Shown here: in pieces, positions 58,593 through 64,000 of the stretch | Numbering within the stretch: the first letter of the stretch is position 1 | How the letters are laid out: each line of letters opens with the position of its first letter | Assembly: GCA_944391335.1 (NCBI GenBank) | Contig: CALXTF010000003.1 | Coordinates: forward strand, 4,323 to 68,322 | Length of the DNA stretch: 64,000 nucleotides | Source: an uncultured Alphaproteobacteria bacterium | GTDB lineage: Bacteria; Pseudomonadota; Alphaproteobacteria; RF32; CAG-239 | Direction: 5' to 3' | Program-made: the position numbers and the translations under genes | The notes under the pieces: model-generated | The model's database searches: none | The model's input: only the letters and a program-made list of their open reading frames with translations | Told to the model about the DNA's origin: nothing

Positions 58593-59315
58593 TCAAAGAA
58601 AAAAATCTCTTTGAGTATCATTGTTTAATTCATTAATAGCTTCTTTAACAATGGAAATTGATATAGCACGTTTATAGGCCAGAGATATATTATCAATTTT
58701 ATCCACTAATTTTTGGGCATAAATAAATGAACGTTGCATATTTACCAAAATATATTTCACAATGTCAAGAGAAACTGTTATTTGTCTATCCATAAAAAGT
58801 TTAATGATTAAAGCGGATAAGAGTTCATCATCGGGAGCTGATATTCTTATAGCAGGAACAACGTTTAATCTGGATTTGAGATCAGGTAGGCTAATGTTTA
58901 ATTGAGTAGGAGGAAAATCAGCCGTAAATAAGATATTTCCCCCCTCATTATTGTAAAGATTATAGAGATGAAACATCGCTTCTTGATTAATATTATCGTT
59001 TAAGTTTTCAACAATTAAACAGCGATGTTTTTCAAATAATAGGGGGGGAAGTTCAAGTGTTAATTTTTGTGCTTCTATTCTTGGTATAGGGTAGGGATAG
59101 TTTGTGGCTAATGAAACGTTATCAGCATAAATATGTGTTAAATGGGTTTTACCACACATTTTAGGGCCATAAATACATAGTGAAAAAAAAGGCCAAACGG
59201 GCCAATGATTAATTGCATCATATGCTTCTTTATTACAAGCAGAAACAATAAAATCATCACGTTCCATATAGGGATGATGGGGAAATTCAAGCGGTATTTG
59301 ATGTCGATTGATCAT
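58593..59315 (-). CDS. hdaA: DnaA regulatory inactivator HdaA
   Basis: QIPLEF clamp-binding motif, GP..CGKTHL, FHLYN, LPDLKSRL, DRQI. Confidence 0.88.
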   Translation of the reverse strand: MINRHQIPLEFPHHPYMERDDFIVSACNKEAYDAINHWPVWPFFSLCIYGPKMCGKTHLTHIYADNVSLATNYPYPIPRIEAQKLTLELPPLLFEKHRCLIVENLNDNINQEAMFHLYNLYNNEGGNILFTADFPPTQLNISLPDLKSRLNVVPAIRISAPDDELLSALIIKLFMDRQITVSLDIVKYILVNMQRSFIYAQKLVDKIDNISLAYKRAISISIVKEAINELNNDTQRDFFL

Positions 59316-61945
59316 ATTTGTTTATCTCCTTGATTGAGTACATCAAATATTTTCTTTGTTAAATCCCCTAAACTAAATGGTTTAGCCATAAATGTAAAGT
59401 TTATTGTTGTATCTATTTCACTTCGAGTAATTTCTTCGGAGTATCCGGAGGCAAGAATAATTTTAATATTGGGTATAATTTCACGGACACGGCGTGCTAA
59501 TTCCAATCCATTCATACCCGGCATAACCATATCTGTAACAAGCAATTGAAAATTTTGCTCTTGTGAGAGTTGTTCTAATGCGTTTTCTGCGGAATTACAA
59601 CCGATAACTTCATATCCTTTTTTCTTTAAGGCGCGTAAAGCAAAACTACGAACAGAATCTTCATCTTCAACAAATAATATTCGTATTCCTTTATGAATAT
59701 CTCCGTTTTCTGGTTCTTTATCAATAGCTGCGACATTAAGACCAAAAATAAGTTTCTGATTAATGGGAAGAATTTTACCTGTTTGTTCTGTAACCGTCAT
59801 AACGGGGGAACCATCTGCTGCGGTAACTTTAGGTTGATAATTTAATTTATTGAGGGAAGTTATTTCGTTTTTTTGTTCAAAACGGGGAAGATAAATAAAA
59901 AAGGTTGTACCTTTTCCTAATTTACTTTCAACCTTGATGAAACCTTCGGTTTGACGAACAATACCATATACCATAGCTAATCCGAGACCTGTACCGGAAC
60001 CAACAATGTTTTGTTTTGTGGAAAAGAAAGGTTCAAAAATTCTATTTAAATTCTCAGGAGAAATGCCGCATCCCGTATCCTTAACTTCAATAACCACAAA
60101 ATCACCAGGTTTAACATTTTCTCCGTTATTTGTACGCGGATGGTTGATGCGTTCAATATGTGTTGATATTGAAAGAATACCATTACCATTCATAGCGTCT
60201 TTGGCGTTTACTGCTAAATTAATAATAACTTGAGAAAATTGCACAGGGTCTACTTTGACATAACCTAAATCAGTTCCATGATGAAATTTCAATGTAATTT
60301 TTTCGCCGAGAACTCTTTTTAACATTTGATTTAATTCAACAAAATTTTCAGATACATCTATTAATTTAGGTTGCAGAGGTTGTTTCCTTGAAAAAGCAAG
60401 TAATTGGCGCACAAGTCCCGCAGCTCGATTGGCATTGTTTTTAATTTGCATTAAATCAGCAAAAGAAGGATCACCAATACCATGTCTTTGCAGTAATAAA
60501 TCACAAAAACCGATGATGGCCGTAAGTAAATTGTTGAAATCATGAGCAACGCCGCCTGCTAATTGTCCCATGGCTTGCATTTTTTGAGCTTGCGCAAATT
60601 GTATTTCGAGGTTTTTTTGTTCAGTTGCATCAACTAAATAAATGACAAATCCTGTTGGAGGAATATTGCTATATAAACTATTCATCGGGGTGATATATGA
60701 AAAGGCTACTTTGTCGTTATGGATAAAATGAAGTTCCATTGAAACAAATTTTTTATTTTCATTTTCTAAATTTTCAATTTCCTGACAGAGTTTTTGTTTG
60801 CTTTCCGGTGTGATAAAACGGGTGATATCGCTATTGATTGGATTATTGTTTTTATCCAGAAAAAAATAGGCTTGATTATTACATTCACGAATAATTCCAT
60901 CAGAAGATATAAAGATAATTCCTACCGGTGCGAAATCAAATAACCAACTTACTTTATCTTCAAAAGAAACTAATTGTTGACGTAATTGGTCGTCATTCGG
61001 CATTTCTGTTATGATCGTCCCGCGGACTTTGATTGCATTTTTCTCACGAAAACTATTTTGACAAACAAAAGCTTCAAAATCTTGGCCTTTTTTATTTATA
61101 AAATGGATATTTTGTTTCCATTTTCCAATAGGGGGAATATTTGAGTTTGGATTAAGGAATTTCGTTAAAGAATGACCAACTAAGTTTTCACGATCACTTG
61201 CAAAAATATCGGCAAAAGCATTGTTACAATATGTTAATCTCAGGTCTTTGTCGCAGATATAAAGTCCGACGGGAGAATTATCTATAAAATCACGTAATTC
61301 TTGTTGTTCTTCACGGAAAATTTGTTCCATGTTGAGACGGGCGGTAATATCTGTAAATATCCAATATAAAAAGGTATCTCGATGGATTTTTTTTAAACTC
61401 AATGAATTTTCAAATAAATCTGTCTGTTTTAGTGAAAGAGGATAAAGTATAATTTCAAACCATGTATCATTAGGGGTATTTTTATCAATTTTCAGTGATA
61501 ATGTGACTTTTTCATGAGATAAATTTTGAAAAGCGTTTTTTAATCGTTGAAAAGCAAGAATATTATTACGATTTTCTGATGATAGATGGCTTTTTAAAAA
61601 GGCAATAACATTTTCTTGTCCGATAAGTTCACGAGCGGCATCATTAATAATTATAGCTTGTCCTTTTATATTATCTATTCTTTTGGCGCGGTGGCTTGAA
61701 TTTATAATCTCGTTAGCAAATCCTCCATAACTGATGGCTTTTTCTCCGGCTTTTAAAGTTAAAATAGATAGAATTAGGGAAAATAAAGTTAGAATTGCCG
61801 TGATAAATAAAAAAGAAAATAAGTGTTGAGGAAATATAAAAGATAGAATAAGAGCTATCGTTAATGAAGCTAAGAAATAAGCCAACCAGATCAGCCTTTT
61901 TTGTAAAAGCCGATCCGGTCGGTGATATTTTTTATTTTTTAACAT
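59312..61945 (-). CDS. cckA: hybrid PAS histidine kinase CckA
   Basis: 2 TM helices, PAS domains, QAQKMQAMGQLAGGVAHDFNNLL, GTGLGL, C-terminal REC (FVEDEDSVR, TDMVMP). Confidence 0.88.
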   Translation of the reverse strand: MLKNKKYHRPDRLLQKRLIWLAYFLASLTIALILSFIFPQHLFSFLFITAILTLFSLILSILTLKAGEKAISYGGFANEIINSSHRAKRIDNIKGQAIIINDAARELIGQENVIAFLKSHLSSENRNNILAFQRLKNAFQNLSHEKVTLSLKIDKNTPNDTWFEIILYPLSLKQTDLFENSLSLKKIHRDTFLYWIFTDITARLNMEQIFREEQQELRDFIDNSPVGLYICDKDLRLTYCNNAFADIFASDRENLVGHSLTKFLNPNSNIPPIGKWKQNIHFINKKGQDFEAFVCQNSFREKNAIKVRGTIITEMPNDDQLRQQLVSFEDKVSWLFDFAPVGIIFISSDGIIRECNNQAYFFLDKNNNPINSDITRFITPESKQKLCQEIENLENENKKFVSMELHFIHNDKVAFSYITPMNSLYSNIPPTGFVIYLVDATEQKNLEIQFAQAQKMQAMGQLAGGVAHDFNNLLTAIIGFCDLLLQRHGIGDPSFADLMQIKNNANRAAGLVRQLLAFSRKQPLQPKLIDVSENFVELNQMLKRVLGEKITLKFHHGTDLGYVKVDPVQFSQVIINLAVNAKDAMNGNGILSISTHIERINHPRTNNGENVKPGDFVVIEVKDTGCGISPENLNRIFEPFFSTKQNIVGSGTGLGLAMVYGIVRQTEGFIKVESKLGKGTTFFIYLPRFEQKNEITSLNKLNYQPKVTAADGSPVMTVTEQTGKILPINQKLIFGLNVAAIDKEPENGDIHKGIRILFVEDEDSVRSFALRALKKKGYEVIGCNSAENALEQLSQEQNFQLLVTDMVMPGMNGLELARRVREIIPNIKIILASGYSEEITRSEIDTTINFTFMAKPFSLGDLTKKIFDVLNQGDKQI

Positions 61946-61958
61946 CTATAATAGACCT

Positions 61959-63575
61959 TTATGTTGTAACGTCAGCTTCTTTTTTCCCTGTTCGTTGTTG
62001 AATTTCTGCTATATCCATTGCGATTTTAAGTAATTCGTCAACCATTATTCTTGGATCTGCTTGAAGATTATCACGGTTAAAACGTTCAATATAAACGCGT
62101 AAAGTTGCACCACTTGATGAGGTTCCGGATAGACGATAAACAATACGTGAACCATCTGCAAATAAAATGCGTAAACCATTTGTTGTTGAAGAGTGATCTA
62201 CTGGATCATTATAAACGAAGGTTTCAGCTTTATCCACTTCAAAACAATTTATTTTTTGTCCGTTAAGGGAGGGGAGTTTTAGGGTTAAATCTTTCATTAG
62301 AAGATTTGCCGTATCGGTTGATATACCGTCAAAGTCGAAACGAAGATAGTAACTACGTCCATATTTTTTCCAATGTTCAAGAGTAATTTGTTCAACACTT
62401 TTACCGGTTGCGGCAATAATATTCAACCAAAACAAAACAGCCCAAATGCCATCTTTTTCGCGAATATGACTTGATCCTGTTCCAAAACTTTCTTCTCCGC
62501 AAAAGGTAATACGTTTAGAATCCATCAAATTAACGAAATATTTCCAACCTGTTGGAACTTCATAATATCCAATTTTTTTATTAGCGGCGACGCGGGCGAC
62601 GGCTGTTGAGGTTGCCATTGATTTAGCAACGCCGTATATTCCATTTTTATATGCCGGTATTAGGTTATAGTTATCTGTTAATATTGCTAAGCTGTCGCTC
62701 GGTGTTACAAAGAATTTTTTACCCAAAATCATATTTCGGTCGCCATCACCATCATTAGCGGCACCGAAATCAGGAGCATCATCTGCGTACATGATTTTAA
62801 CTAATTCGGCGGCATAAACAAGATTAGGATCCGGATGCAAACCTCCAAAATCAGGTTTAGGGACGGCATTTAGAACCGAGCCTTTAGCTGCGCCTAAAAT
62901 ATCTTCAAAAATACGAACAGCATAAGGTCCTGTTACGGCATTCATGGCGTCAAAACGCATTGTAAAGCCTTTTTGAAACATTTCTTTGATTAAATTAAAA
63001 TCAAAGATTTCTTTCATTAATTCGACATAATCAACGATTGGATCAATAATTTCTATTTCCATGGATCCCATTTTGTAAAGACCGATTTGACTAAGGTCGA
63101 TATCGGGAGAATTATATATTTTGAATTCGGAAATTGTTTGGGTATTAGCATAAATTTGATCACTAACTTGACTGGAGCATTGACCTCCTGTTTGAGTTGC
63201 AAACTTAATGCCAAAGTCACCATTTTCTCCTCCCGGATTATGTGAAGCGGAAAGAACAAAACCTCCATCAGTATGACGTTTTAAAATTAGATTAGAAGAA
63301 GCGGGCGTTGATAAATAACCATTTTGACCGATAATTAATTTTTTGACATTATTGGCGGCTGACATTTTGATTAGTTTTTGCAGAGCTATATCGTTATAGA
63401 AGCGTCCATCACCGCCGACAATAAAAGTTTTACCGCTGGGATTGATTGTATTAAAAATACTTTGCAAAAAATTTTCGAAATAATGTTCTTGCATCATGAC
63501 TTTAGATTTTTTTCGCAAACCTGCGGTTCCCATTTTTTGATCAGTATATGGTTTTGTTGAAATTATCTGTATCAT
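61959..63575 (-). CDS. pgm: phosphoglucomutase
   Basis: GTAGLR, SASHNPGG, DGDGDR, CGEESFG, RLSGT; start at ATG 63575 after aggag. Confidence 0.95.
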   Translation of the reverse strand: MIQIISTKPYTDQKMGTAGLRKKSKVMMQEHYFENFLQSIFNTINPSGKTFIVGGDGRFYNDIALQKLIKMSAANNVKKLIIGQNGYLSTPASSNLILKRHTDGGFVLSASHNPGGENGDFGIKFATQTGGQCSSQVSDQIYANTQTISEFKIYNSPDIDLSQIGLYKMGSMEIEIIDPIVDYVELMKEIFDFNLIKEMFQKGFTMRFDAMNAVTGPYAVRIFEDILGAAKGSVLNAVPKPDFGGLHPDPNLVYAAELVKIMYADDAPDFGAANDGDGDRNMILGKKFFVTPSDSLAILTDNYNLIPAYKNGIYGVAKSMATSTAVARVAANKKIGYYEVPTGWKYFVNLMDSKRITFCGEESFGTGSSHIREKDGIWAVLFWLNIIAATGKSVEQITLEHWKKYGRSYYLRFDFDGISTDTANLLMKDLTLKLPSLNGQKINCFEVDKAETFVYNDPVDHSSTTNGLRILFADGSRIVYRLSGTSSSGATLRVYIERFNRDNLQADPRIMVDELLKIAMDIAEIQQRTGKKEADVTT

Positions 63576-63695
63576 AAGCACTCCTTATAAAAATATGTAT
63601 TAATTTATATGTTATAATGTAACAATTGTTTATTGCGAACTCAAGTAAAAGCTTTATTTACTAACCGAATTTTTATTTATTATTGATGTTTTACT

Positions 63696-63998
63696 TTAAT
63701 TAGGACATATAAATTCTGCTAAATTTCTGATTTCTTGTTTTGCGGCAAGATGTGATACGGTTAATCTATGTTTTAATCCGTCACGGCTTAAATCTAGAAC
63801 TGTTAATCCTTGTAAGAAAAGTTCTTTGTATATGACACGATCCCGTATAGGGGGAGCTAATCTAAACCCATAGGTTTTAGAGGCTCTTTCTAAATAATAA
63901 AACACCTGATTTTTATTACGGGAACTAAATGTCGATATTTTATTTCCGACAACTATCCAATTAAGCATAGATTTTCCATGCGCGGCTAGATATTTTTT
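63696..63998 (-). CDS. mipZ: division-plane positioning ATPase MipZ, C-terminal part
   Basis: W.VV.N, RNK, GFR......RVIYKELF..GLT.LD, SHLAAKQE; the frame is open to the window edge. Confidence 0.85.
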   Translation of the reverse strand, partial: KKYLAAHGKSMLNWIVVGNKISTFSSRNKNQVFYYLERASKTYGFRLAPPIRDRVIYKELFLQGLTVLDLSRDGLKHRLTVSHLAAKQEIRNLAEFICPN

Positions 63999-64000
63999 AA

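Noticed and set aside
1-64000. Genome-wide TAG reassignment
   Set aside because: Conserved genes (gcrA, uxs, the autotransporter) end at TAG at their expected positions

Overview
AT-rich chromosomal window from an alphaproteobacterium, identified by cckA, gcrA, hdaA, mipZ and alpha-type rpoZ-spoT-acpS-lepB-rnc-era and miaB-phoH-ybeY-lnt clusters. A host-associated Rhodospirillales/RF32-like lineage is my inference only. Most of the window is housekeeping, interrupted by surface-related accessory DNA. (1) A Bacteroides Mpi-type serine invertase lies divergent from a glycan locus (uxs, galE, glf, a WbbM-like DUF4422-GT8 fusion, GT8, GT2) that ends at tRNA-Arg(UCU). (2) A 1611-aa autotransporter carries about 24 Pmp-like GGAI/FxxN repeats and a DEPGT tandem repeat. 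(3) A hotspot at about 40.8-43.9 kb holds a G-rich non-coding tract, a local GC-skew flip, a truncated autotransporter paralog, CtrA-like boxes and an orphan reading frame broken by two in-frame TAG codons. (4) A second glycan/lipid A modification patch follows era. The strongest candidates for undescribed biology are a gap-free conserved basic C-terminal tag on four glycan enzymes, the Mpi-type invertase beside a glycan locus outside Bacteroidota, and the 41-kb hotspot. I found no CRISPR array, rRNA, IS element or prophage. All calls are motif recognition by eye; no database searches were run.
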